64,000 nt of DNA from Candidatus Nitrosocosmicus sp. (GTDB taxonomy: Bacteria; Methylomirabilota; Methylomirabilia; Rokubacteriales; CSP1-6), in NCBI GenBank assembly GCA_035654455.1, contig DASRWT010000044.1, positions 10,926 to 74,925 on the forward strand. Reading direction: 5' to 3'. Shown here in pieces: positions 33,001 to 42,131 of this stretch. The notes below the pieces were generated by a model. The model did no database searches. It was given only the letters and a program-made list of their open reading frames with translations, and was not told the origin of the DNA. The first letter of the stretch is position 1. Each line of letters begins with the position of its first letter. The position numbers were made by a program, and so were the translations under genes.

Positions 33001-34110
33001 GTGACCGACGAGCGCGCGCGCGGCTACCATCGTATCCAGCTGGGCCTTTCCCTCCTGGCCTTCGCGCTCGGCGTGGGCTATCTGTCCGCCGTGCTCGCCA
33101 CCGGCGCGAGCGCGCGGCTGGCCGCGCGCCTCGCGGAGTGGACCGCGCGGCCTTGGGTCGCACTGGGCGTCATGGCCCTCGTGGTGGGCGCGGGCTGGCG
33201 CCTTGTCACGCTCCCGCTGAGCTGGCTGAGCGGGTTCTGGCTGCCCCGGCGCTTCGGCCTCCTCCACCAGCCCTTCGCGCGCTGGGCCTGGGACGCGGCG
33301 AAGGCGGGCGCGATCGGCGGCGTGCTGGGCCTGGCCGGTGTCGAGGTGGTCTACGCGCTGCTGCGCTGGACGCCGTGGTGGTGGCTCGCCGCCGCCGCCG
33401 TCTTCCTCGCCGCCGCCGTCCTCCTCACGCTGGTCGCGCCGGTCTGGCTGATCCCGCTCTTCTATCGACTCGAGCCCCTGGCGGACGGGGAGCTGCGCGA
33501 GCGCCTCCTCCGGCTCGGCCGGCGAACGGGCGTGCCGGTGCTGGGCGTCTGGGTGGGCGATCAATCCCGCAAGAGCCGCACCGCGAACGCCGCGGTGACC
33601 GGGCTCGGCCGAACCCGGCGGATCATCCTGTTCGACACCCTCGTGCGCGACTTTCCTCCCGAAGAGATCGAGGCGGTGCTGGCGCACGAGCTGGCCCACC
33701 ACGCGCATGCCGACATCTGGCGCGGGCTCGCGGTTCAGGGCGCAGTCACCCTCGCGACCTTCTGGCTGGCCGATCGGCTGCTCGCCGTCGGCGCGTCAGG
33801 GCTCGGCCTCGCGGGGCCGGCGGACATCGCCGGGCTCCCGCTCCTCCTCCTCATCGCGGTGGGCGCGGGCGTCGTCGCGCTGCCCCTGACGAATGGCTGG
33901 TCTCGCCATGTGGAGCGTCAGGCCGACGACTTCGCGGTGCGCGCCCTCGGATCTGCCGGCGCCTTCATTGCGGCCATGGAGCGGCTGGCCCGGCTCAACC
34001 TCGCCGAGCGCGAGCCCCATCGGCTCAAGGAGATCCTGCTGTACTCCCATCCGGCCATCGGGCGCCGGGTGGCCCGGGCTCAGGCCCTGGCGGCGGGGTC
34101 GGTCGGCTGA
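33001..34110 (+). CDS. M48-family (Ste24/HtpX-like) membrane metalloprotease
   Basis: HELAHHAH zinc motif and several TM helices. I chose GTG 33001 (GAGG upstream) because the start of the longer tracked ORF (32914) overlaps the divergent MoxR start. Confidence 0.8.
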   Translation: MTDERARGYHRIQLGLSLLAFALGVGYLSAVLATGASARLAARLAEWTARPWVALGVMALVVGAGWRLVTLPLSWLSGFWLPRRFGLLHQPFARWAWDAAKAGAIGGVLGLAGVEVVYALLRWTPWWWLAAAAVFLAAAVLLTLVAPVWLIPLFYRLEPLADGELRERLLRLGRRTGVPVLGVWVGDQSRKSRTANAAVTGLGRTRRIILFDTLVRDFPPEEIEAVLAHELAHHAHADIWRGLAVQGAVTLATFWLADRLLAVGASGLGLAGPADIAGLPLLLLIAVGAGVVALPLTNGWSRHVERQADDFAVRALGSAGAFIAAMERLARLNLAEREPHRLKEILLYSHPAIGRRVARAQALAAGSVG

Positions 34111-34177
34111 CACTGTATCCGGCAGCTTGTTATCAAGCCGACGTGAGCTCGTCCAGCCGATCCAGAACACGCAGTCT

Positions 34178-34193
34178 TTTCAACTAGTTGAAA
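34178..34193. promoter_or_regulatory. perfect 16-bp palindrome TTTCAACTAGTTGAAA (candidate regulator site)
   Basis: Located 11 bp upstream of the sigma54 -24 element in a low-GC spacer. Confidence 0.5.
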
Positions 34194-34204
34194 CCCTGTT
34201 TTGC

Positions 34205-34220
34205 TGGCACTCCTCTTGCT
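34205..34220 (+). promoter_or_regulatory. sigma54 promoter TGGCAC-N5-TTGCT
   Basis: Exact match to the -24/-12 consensus. It ends 24 nt before the GTG of the kinase gene, with GGAG in between. Confidence 0.6.
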
Positions 34221-34243
34221 GCCCAGTAGGCTCGGAGACTCAA

Positions 34244-35557
34244 GTGGCCACCAATGGAACGACCGTGCCCGAGACGAACCCCAGGCCCTCCAGCCCGCCG
34301 AGCTCGCTGGTGCGGCACCTGCGGGTGCTCCGCATCGTGTCCGAGGCGGTGAGCCGGTCCCTTGACCTCGAGGAAGTCCTCGATCGCTCACTCGACGCCC
34401 TCACCGAGGTGACGGGGCACGAGATCTCGAGCCTGCATCTGGTGTCCCCGGATGGCGAGCGCCTGCTCCTCCGCGGCGATCGCGGCCTCTCCCCGCGTCT
34501 CCGCGAGGTCAACCTCGTCCTGCCCATGGGGGTGGGGCTCATCGGCACCGTGGCGCAATCCGGCCAGCCGCGCCGGGTGGACGACGTCACGCGCTCCCGC
34601 GACCTCCTGCAAGCGGCCCGCGAGGCGGTGATCGCGGACGGGATTCACGCCTTCGTCTGCGTCCCCATCCGCGCGCGCCAGCGCCTGCTGGGCACGCTCT
34701 CGCTCGGGCGCCAGACCGGCCATCGCTTCTCCGACGCGGAAGTCTCGCTGCTCGAGTGCGTGTCCGATCAGATCGGGCTGGCGCTGGACAATGCCCGGCT
34801 CTACTCGGAGACGCGGCACCAGCTCCAGGAGCACGAGAAGTCGCGGGCGGCGGCGGTGCGCGCGGAGCGGATGTCCGCCATCGACGGCCTCGCCGCGGGC
34901 GTGGCCCACGAGATCAACAATCCGCTCACCATCATCCTGGGCCAGATTCACGTGATGCTGCAGGGGGACCCGGGGGAAGAGCTGCAAACCCAGCTCCGGG
35001 TCATCGACGGCGCCGCCAAGCGCGCGGCCAAGATCGTGAAGGACCTGCGCTCCTTCGCCGAGCCTTCGCCCGCTCAGCGCGCCCCCGTCTCGATCCCGTC
35101 GCTCATCCGGCAGGTGCTCGACGCCAACGAGTCGCGCCTCCGCGCCGATCACGTGGAGTGGGAGACCAACCTCGAGCAGGTGCCCACCATCTGGGCCGAC
35201 GGCACCCAGCTCGGCCAGGTGCTCCAGAGCCTGGTGGACAATGCCCGCTTCGCGATGGCGGCCTCTCGCGAGGGCGGCCGACTCACTCTCCGGGTCATGC
35301 CGGTGCCCTCCGGCGTGCGGATCGAGGTTGCCGACGACGGCCCCGGCATCCTGCCGAATCATCTGCCCCGCATATTCAATCCGTTCTTCACCACCAAGGG
35401 GCCGGACCAGGGTCGCGGGCTGGGGCTGGCCGTCGCCCACGGCATCATCAAGGAGCACGGAGGCCGGCTCTGGGCGGAGAACGGCGCCTCCGGCGGGGCC
35501 CTCCTCGTCATCGAGCTCCCGGTGAGCCTCCGCCGCACCGAACGCGTTCCTGCCTGA
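34244..35557 (+). CDS. cytoplasmic GAF-domain sensor histidine kinase
   Basis: GAF segment, H-box AHEINNPLTIILGQ, N-box LVDNARFAM, G1 DDGPGI and G2 GRGLGLAV. Confidence 0.85.
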   Translation: MATNGTTVPETNPRPSSPPSSLVRHLRVLRIVSEAVSRSLDLEEVLDRSLDALTEVTGHEISSLHLVSPDGERLLLRGDRGLSPRLREVNLVLPMGVGLIGTVAQSGQPRRVDDVTRSRDLLQAAREAVIADGIHAFVCVPIRARQRLLGTLSLGRQTGHRFSDAEVSLLECVSDQIGLALDNARLYSETRHQLQEHEKSRAAAVRAERMSAIDGLAAGVAHEINNPLTIILGQIHVMLQGDPGEELQTQLRVIDGAAKRAAKIVKDLRSFAEPSPAQRAPVSIPSLIRQVLDANESRLRADHVEWETNLEQVPTIWADGTQLGQVLQSLVDNARFAMAASREGGRLTLRVMPVPSGVRIEVADDGPGILPNHLPRIFNPFFTTKGPDQGRGLGLAVAHGIIKEHGGRLWAENGASGGALLVIELPVSLRRTERVPA

Positions 35558-35604
35558 CCGCTCCCCTCCTCCGATCCGGAATCGCTGTGGTAGGCTGGAG
35601 CGCC

Positions 35605-35814
35605 ATGCGGCGCCTTCTCGCTCCTGCGCTCTTCTGTCTCGCCCTCACCCTCGTCGCCGCCTGCGCGCCCGTGAGCCGCTCGGCGCCCCGCAGCAGCAGC
35701 AGCACATCGGTGCGATGCGTGAATCCGGGCGACTCCGGCGGCGCGGGCGCCGCCGCCTCGTCCGACGCGCCCGATCGGCCGCTCTTCTTCTTCTTCTGCG
35801 TCCAGTCGCCCTGA
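35605..35814 (+). CDS. possible small lipoprotein (69 aa)
   Basis: Signal peptide with lipobox LVAAC and GGAG upstream. The sequence is low complexity, so the call is weak. Confidence 0.35.
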   Translation: MRRLLAPALFCLALTLVAACAPVSRSAPRSSSSTSVRCVNPGDSGGAGAAASSDAPDRPLFFFFCVQSP

Positions 35815-35925
35815 CCGCGTCGCGCGATCTCTCTTTCGAGCCCCGTTGTTGAGCGCGTCGGGGGCCCATGCTAGGCTCCGCTCTGTTCGCCGCCGTCCAT
35901 CATCAGACCACTCCGGAGGATCCGC

Positions 35926-37098
35926 ATGAGCACCGCGAAGGACACCGTCACCCAGGCCGTCGACGGCATCGCCGACGAGCTCGAAGCTCTTTCCCGCCGC
36001 ATTCACGACCACCCGGAGCTGGCCTACGCGGAAACGCGGGCCGCGGGCTGGCTGACCGAGTTCCTCGCCGGCAAGGGCTTCAAGGTCGAACCGGGCGTCG
36101 CGGGAGTGGACACCGCCTTCCGCGCCACCCTCGAGACGGGTGAAGGGCCGACCATCGCGATCATGTGCGAGTACGACGCGCTGCCCGGCATCGGGCACGC
36201 CTGCGGCCACAACGTGATCGCGGCTTCCGGCGCGGGGGCCGGCGCCGCGCTGGCGCTCGCGAAGGGTGTCTTGCCCCGGGGCCGGATCCAGGTGATCGGG
36301 ACTCCGGCGGAAGAGGGCGGCGGCGGGAAGAACCGCCTCATCAAGGGCGGGATCTTCAAGGACGTGGACTGCGCCATGATGATCCACGGCTTCGACCGCA
36401 CCATCCTGCATCAGGATCTGCTCGGCATCGTGCGCGGGACATTCGAGTTCCAGGGCAAGGCCTCCCACGCCTCCGCCGACCCCTGGGAAGGGGTGAACGC
36501 GCTGGACGCCTGCATCGGGACCTTCAACGCGGTGAGCATGATGCGCCAGCAGATGCGACCGGACTGCCGCGTTCACGGGATCATCACCAACGGGGGCGCC
36601 GCCGCCAATATCATCCCGGAGTCCGCGGCGGCCGTCTTCTACGTGCGCGCTCCGCGCATCGAGGTGATGTGGGACCTCTACAAGCGCGTGGTGGCCTGCG
36701 CGGAGGGCGCGGCCAAGGCGGCCGGCGCCACCGTGACGGTGACGCAGGGAGCCGACAACGTCTACGAGCCCTTGAAGCGCAATCAGACGCTGCTCGATCT
36801 CTTCGCCGCCAACATGGCCACCGTCGGCCTCGCCGAGGGCCCGCCCGTGCTCGATCGGCTCGGCTCCTCGGATGTCGGCAATGTGAGCCAGGTCATTCCC
36901 ACCATTCAGCCCATGATCGGCATCGCCCCGCTGGGGACGGCCATTCACACGCGCGAGTTCGCCGACGCGGCGGTGAAGCCGCTGGCGCGCGCCGGGCTCC
37001 TCGCCGCCGCCAAGACCATGGCGCTCACCACCTTCGATCTCCTCGCCGATCCGGCCCGGGTGCGGGCGGCGAAGGACGAATTCGCGCGGAGCCGCTAG
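35926..37098 (+). CDS. M20-family amidohydrolase/peptidase
   Basis: EYDALPGIGHACGHN and GTPAEEGGGGK motifs. Confidence 0.9.
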   Translation: MSTAKDTVTQAVDGIADELEALSRRIHDHPELAYAETRAAGWLTEFLAGKGFKVEPGVAGVDTAFRATLETGEGPTIAIMCEYDALPGIGHACGHNVIAASGAGAGAALALAKGVLPRGRIQVIGTPAEEGGGGKNRLIKGGIFKDVDCAMMIHGFDRTILHQDLLGIVRGTFEFQGKASHASADPWEGVNALDACIGTFNAVSMMRQQMRPDCRVHGIITNGGAAANIIPESAAAVFYVRAPRIEVMWDLYKRVVACAEGAAKAAGATVTVTQGADNVYEPLKRNQTLLDLFAANMATVGLAEGPPVLDRLGSSDVGNVSQVIPTIQPMIGIAPLGTAIHTREFADAAVKPLARAGLLAAAKTMALTTFDLLADPARVRAAKDEFARSR

Positions 37099-37100
37099 CC

Positions 37101-38303
37101 ATGGCCGGCGCGAACCCGACGCTCGACGCCGCGAAGAGCAAGGTCGCGGAGGCGGTGGACCGACTCAGCGGCGAGCTGGAGGCGCTGAGCCTCCAGATCC
37201 ACGGCAATCCGGAGCTCTGCTTCAAGGAGGAGAAGGCCTCCGCGTGGCTGGCCGAGTTTCTCGGCAAGCACGGGGCCCAGGTGGAGAGGGGCGTGGGGGG
37301 CCTGCCCACCGCGTTCCGGGCCACCATTCCCGGGCAAGGTCCCGGGCCCACGGTGGCCATCCTCGCCGAGTACGACGCGCTGCCGGGCATCGGGCACGCG
37401 TGCGGGCACAACATCATCGCGACCTCGGGCGCGGGGGCCGGCGCGGCGCTGGCCGCCGCGCTCAAGACCCTGCCCTTCGCGGGACGCATCCAGGTCATCG
37501 GCACGCCCGCCGAGGAAGGCGGCGCGGGCAAGGTGCGGCTCATGGAGGCGGGGGTCTTCAAGGACGTGGACGCGGCGATGATGATTCACGGGCGTCCCGG
37601 CACCCAGGTGTGGCGGCCGAGCCTCGGCATCATCAAGGTGAAGGTGGAGTTCCTCGGCCGCGCCGCCCATGCCTCGTCCTGGCCCTGGCGCGGCGTCAAT
37701 GCGCTGAACGCCATGATCCAGCTCTTCGTGGCGCTCGACCAGATGCGCCAGCAGGTGAAGCCGGACGCGCGCATCCACGGCGTCATCACCAAGGGCGGCG
37801 ATCAGGCCAACATCATTCCCGAGCACACCGCCGCCGAGTTCTACCTCCGCGCGCCCACCCGCGACTACTGCAAGGTCCTGCTGCGGAAGTTCGAGGCCGT
37901 CGCGGAGGGGGCGGCGCTGGCCACCGGCTGCACCGCCAAGGTGATGCCGGACGACATCATCCACGACCCGCTGAAGCCGAACTTCACCATGGCCGCGCTG
38001 TTCAGGCAGAACCTCGAGCGCATCGACTTCCCCGAGGATCCGGACGACGGGCAGGCCGGCTACGGCTCCACCGACTGCGGCAATGTGAGCCAGGCTCTCC
38101 CGACCATTCATCCGTATATCCGCATCAGCCCCGACGGAATTCCCGGCCACTCGCGCGAGTTCGCCGAGTGGGCGAAGTCCCCGATCGCGCATACCGGCAT
38201 GGTGGCGGCGGCCAAGACCCTGGCCATGACCGCGCTGGACCTCCTCGCCGAGCCCGACGAGCTGCGCAAGGCGAAAGCAGAATTCGCGTCGACCGCGGGA
38301 TAG
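37101..38303 (+). CDS. M20-family amidohydrolase/peptidase, tandem paralog
   Basis: Starts 2 nt after the previous stop. Same motifs: EYDALPGIGHACGHN and GTPAEEGGAGK. Confidence 0.9.
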   Translation: MAGANPTLDAAKSKVAEAVDRLSGELEALSLQIHGNPELCFKEEKASAWLAEFLGKHGAQVERGVGGLPTAFRATIPGQGPGPTVAILAEYDALPGIGHACGHNIIATSGAGAGAALAAALKTLPFAGRIQVIGTPAEEGGAGKVRLMEAGVFKDVDAAMMIHGRPGTQVWRPSLGIIKVKVEFLGRAAHASSWPWRGVNALNAMIQLFVALDQMRQQVKPDARIHGVITKGGDQANIIPEHTAAEFYLRAPTRDYCKVLLRKFEAVAEGAALATGCTAKVMPDDIIHDPLKPNFTMAALFRQNLERIDFPEDPDDGQAGYGSTDCGNVSQALPTIHPYIRISPDGIPGHSREFAEWAKSPIAHTGMVAAAKTLAMTALDLLAEPDELRKAKAEFASTAG

Positions 38304-38345
38304 TCGGGGGACGAGCGGAGCGGCCGCGGATGGCCCGCGGCTAGT

Positions 38346-38939
38346 CTAGGCGCCGGACCCCGGGGTCGGCCGCTTGCCCGCCCCCAGCAGCTTCCGGACC
38401 TGGTTGATATGGTCCAGCGTGTGAAGGCGGAAAGCGAAGACGGCGTACGCCTTCCACGCGATCTCCTCCTCCCAGTGAAGGGGCGCGTCGCGGCCGTCGG
38501 CCCCGCGCACATTTACCACCGCCACCACCGGCGCCCGCGCGTCGGTGGGGACGTCGCGCGCCCCCTCGAGCACGCGGAGCGCGGCGGCGTGCTGGGCGTG
38601 GAGCGCGACGCGCAGCGCGTCCCAGGGGCGCGCGAGCGGATCGGAAGACTGGAGCCCGGCCGGGATGGGCGGGCCGGCGGGGCGGCGCCCGGCGAGGAGA
38701 TCCACCAGCTCGCCCACGCTCGGCTCGTGGGTGAGGATGAGGTGGTCCACCACCTCGTGAATGCTCCACTCGCCCGGGAGCGGCCGGCCGCCCGCCTCCC
38801 CCGCCGACACCGGCGCCAGCAGCGCCTCCATGGTCTCGAAGGCGGCCGCCACTCGCGCGCACACCTCGGCCAGCGGCAACCCGTCGCCCTTGTCCCGCAG
38901 GTACTCCCGCATCCGGACTTGCTCCATCAGCTCGGTCAT
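38346..38939 (-). CDS. DinB-family protein
   Basis: WSIHEVVDHL and HTLDH histidine motifs. ATGA overlap with the TetR stop. Confidence 0.75.
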   Translation of the reverse strand: MTELMEQVRMREYLRDKGDGLPLAEVCARVAAAFETMEALLAPVSAGEAGGRPLPGEWSIHEVVDHLILTHEPSVGELVDLLAGRRPAGPPIPAGLQSSDPLARPWDALRVALHAQHAAALRVLEGARDVPTDARAPVVAVVNVRGADGRDAPLHWEEEIAWKAYAVFAFRLHTLDHINQVRKLLGAGKRPTPGSGA

Positions 38940-39544
38940 CGCTCGCCTCCCCGGCGGAGATACGCCCACAGAACGTCGGTGCAGAGCCGCTCCGCCTCGG
39001 CCCGCGGCAGGCCGCGGCGGTCGAAGGTGTGCTGCAGCGAGAGCCCGTCGAGGAGCCCGAGCACCGCGGCGGCGGCGGCGAGCGGGTCGATCCGTCTGAA
39101 CACGCCGGTGGCCACTCCGCCCGCGATCATGCGGGCGATGAGGCGGCGGCTGCGCGCATAGGTCCGCGCATTGAGCGTGGCCAGGGCCCGGTCGTGCAAG
39201 CTCTCGCCCCAGAACTCGATGAACACCGTCCAGAACTCGCGGTCGCGCGCCGCCACCGTCAGGCACGCCCGCACCAGCGCGCGGAGGCGCCCGCGCGCGT
39301 CGCGCGCGCCGCGCGCCTCCGCGGCCACCCGGCGGTCCAGGTCGGCGGTGACCCGCAGGGCGGCGGCGGCGAGGATGGCCCGCTTGTCCGCGAAGTAGTA
39401 GTGGAGGATGCCCTGGCTGAGGCCGGCGGCGACGGCCACGCGCTTCATGGTGAGGCCGGCATAGCCGTCGCGGGCCAGACAGCGGATGGTGGCGCGAACG
39501 ATCTGCTCGCGCCGGAGAGCGGCCACGCCGACCCTGGGGGTCAT
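38936..39544 (-). CDS. TetR-family transcriptional regulator
   Basis: N-terminal HTH: RREQIVRATIRCLARDGYAGLTMKRVAVAAGLSQGILHYYF. Confidence 0.9.
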   Translation of the reverse strand: MTPRVGVAALRREQIVRATIRCLARDGYAGLTMKRVAVAAGLSQGILHYYFADKRAILAAAALRVTADLDRRVAAEARGARDARGRLRALVRACLTVAARDREFWTVFIEFWGESLHDRALATLNARTYARSRRLIARMIAGGVATGVFRRIDPLAAAAAVLGLLDGLSLQHTFDRRGLPRAEAERLCTDVLWAYLRRGGER

Positions 39545-39604
39545 CCCCCCAGGGTCTACGTGATTTTTATTGGTTGGTCAATCAGTTTAAAACCCTCGCC
39601 TCGT

Positions 39605-40135
<531 letters not shown>

Positions 40136-40223
40136 CGGTTGGTCTCCTTAGGGTGGTTGGGGGTGGGGGTGGTTGCTCAGGCTGGCGGCGGTGCTCCTGG
40201 AAGCGGTCCCGGTCCGGCGGCCG

Positions 40224-41813
40224 TCAGGGCGCGGTCGAGCGGCGCGTCTCGGCGGCGCGCTCGGCAGCCAGCCGGCCGGTTTCCGCGCCGCTGGGGTCGA
40301 CATGGCGCATGGCAGCCGCCAGCGCGGCATGTCCGGCTTGCTCCGCGATGAGCCGGTGCATCGCCTGGCAGACGCGCCGGTACGCCGGATGGCCCTGCGG
40401 CGCGGTGCGGAGCTCGAGCATGTGCATGGCCTCGCGGGCGTTCATCTCCATGTAATACCGCACGCGGTAGGCCATGGCCACCGCATAGGGGGCCACCGCG
40501 GCGAGGCCCGCGCCCGCGAGCTCGGCGTGGAGCGCGGCGGAGTCATCCATCACGCGGGTCCAGTCCGCAAGGGCGCCCGCCTCGGCGATCTCGTCTCCCA
40601 TCACCCAGCCGTGCCGAGTCGAGAGCGGCTGCCACTCCAGGGTGAGCAGCCGGTGACGCTGGAGATCGCGGAAGGCGCCGTAGTCGCCCAGCACGTCGAA
40701 CCGGTACGCGGTGCGCTCGAAGGCCCGGCCCGGCTTGTGGCGGCGGTTCTCGCGCGCGCCGATGTAGGCCTGGAGCACGCGCCGGCGCTCCTCGGGCCCG
40801 AGCTTCCGGGCGAGGGCGAGGAGCTGATCATCAGGCAGGTCGGAGGCGGCGTACAAGGCCGCCGCCACCACCTTCACCTCGCCGTCCGGATCCCAGTCGG
40901 TCAGTGTCACCTCGGATCGCGGCTCGGGCTCGATCCCCGCCAGCAGCGTCTCCGCCGCCGCGCGCGTGGCGCGGGCAGTATCCGCGAGGTACCGCGCCCA
41001 GACGCCGCCGCGCTCCGGCCGCTCCAGGCGCTTGAGGAAGGCCGGAATCACCTTGCGTAGCTCGACAAGCATGAGCTCTGCTTCGTCGCGCGCCTCGCGT
41101 AGCGGATGCGCGCGCATGCGGAGGAGGAGCGCCTCATAGCCCTGAGCGGTGCCGAATATGCCGACATTGGAGCGTGTGGCCGCGGGCAGCAAGCCGCGCA
41201 GGCTGTCCAGCGCCTTGGCCCGCATGGTCATGCGCCAGGGCCCCTCGGCCTGGCCGGGCTCGCGCGGCACGCGCGCCGACCAGAAGGCCTGCATGGGCTC
41301 GAGCCAGCGCGCGTAGGTCTCGAAGGCGCGATCGAGAGCTTCCACGTAGCGCGGGCGCAGGAGATGGCCGTCGAGCTCGGAGGGAACATGGTACTTCCAG
41401 GCCCCGTCCGGCCGGTCCGTGTACGGCACGTAGCGGGTCGACTGCTCGAGATAGGCCATGAGCCGGCCCCACTCGAGCACCTTGGTGAGGAGGTTGGAGG
41501 CGCCCTCGCAGGCCAGGTGCACCCCGCCGAGCTGGGCGACGGAGTCGTCGCCGTAGTCCGAGAGCACGCGCTCGTAGAGCGCGTCCGCGCGGGTGGTGCC
41601 GACGTCTGGACTGCCGGCGCCGACGGGACCTTCGCGAAACTCGTCCAGGTACAGCCGCCGGAGAGACTTGGCCGAGCGCGAATAGCGCGCGAACAGCGCG
41701 CCCTTCACCACTTCGGGGAGATTGACGAGGGCGAAGACGGGCCCGTCGAGATTGGTGAAATGCGGCGCGAGGGCGGCACGTTCCTCGGCGGTGAACGTTT
41801 CCACGACGGTCAT
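40224..41813 (-). CDS. long-form FAD-dependent thymidylate synthase ThyX-like protein (529 aa)
   Basis: ARYSRS and FRDLQRHR (RHR) ThyX-type motifs. ATG at 41813. Confidence 0.75.
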   Translation of the reverse strand: MTVVETFTAEERAALAPHFTNLDGPVFALVNLPEVVKGALFARYSRSAKSLRRLYLDEFREGPVGAGSPDVGTTRADALYERVLSDYGDDSVAQLGGVHLACEGASNLLTKVLEWGRLMAYLEQSTRYVPYTDRPDGAWKYHVPSELDGHLLRPRYVEALDRAFETYARWLEPMQAFWSARVPREPGQAEGPWRMTMRAKALDSLRGLLPAATRSNVGIFGTAQGYEALLLRMRAHPLREARDEAELMLVELRKVIPAFLKRLERPERGGVWARYLADTARATRAAAETLLAGIEPEPRSEVTLTDWDPDGEVKVVAAALYAASDLPDDQLLALARKLGPEERRRVLQAYIGARENRRHKPGRAFERTAYRFDVLGDYGAFRDLQRHRLLTLEWQPLSTRHGWVMGDEIAEAGALADWTRVMDDSAALHAELAGAGLAAVAPYAVAMAYRVRYYMEMNAREAMHMLELRTAPQGHPAYRRVCQAMHRLIAEQAGHAALAAAMRHVDPSGAETGRLAAERAAETRRSTAP

Positions 41814-41829
41814 CTTAACGCAGCCCGGC

Positions 41830-42105
41830 TCAGCCGCCATAGCCCCAGTTCCAGCAGGGCAGGCGTTCCTTCCAGAACCAGTCGTCGCAGAGCTGCTCGT
41901 CACAGCGCTGCCGGCATTCACCCGCGGTGAGGTTCGGGGTGCAGGAGAGCTTGCCCTCCGCGCGGCAGTAGCACGAGCCGAGAAATTCCGCTCGGGCGGG
42001 CTCGGCCGCGCGTGACTCGGTGGCCGGCGCTGCCACCGCCAGCAGCGCGACGAGGGCAAGCCGGGAAGCGCGGGCGTCGAGGCGCGGGGTGCGCATTGAC
42101 CCCAT
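41830..42105 (-). CDS. small secreted Cys/Trp-rich protein (91 aa)
   Basis: GGGAGG SD, a signal peptide, and a mature part with 7 Cys that ends WFWKERLPCWNWGYGG. Confidence 0.55.
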   Translation of the reverse strand: MGSMRTPRLDARASRLALVALLAVAAPATESRAAEPARAEFLGSCYCRAEGKLSCTPNLTAGECRQRCDEQLCDDWFWKERLPCWNWGYGG

Positions 42106-42131
42106 TCCAGCACCTCCCTATACTCCGCGCA

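Noticed and set aside
40151-40173. G-rich tract GGGTGGTTGGGGGTGGGGGTGG as a G-quadruplex element.
   Set aside because: Only three runs of three or more G are present. On the transcribed (minus) strand it is simply the C-rich 5' leader of tpx upstream of its AAGGAGA SD. There is no independent support.
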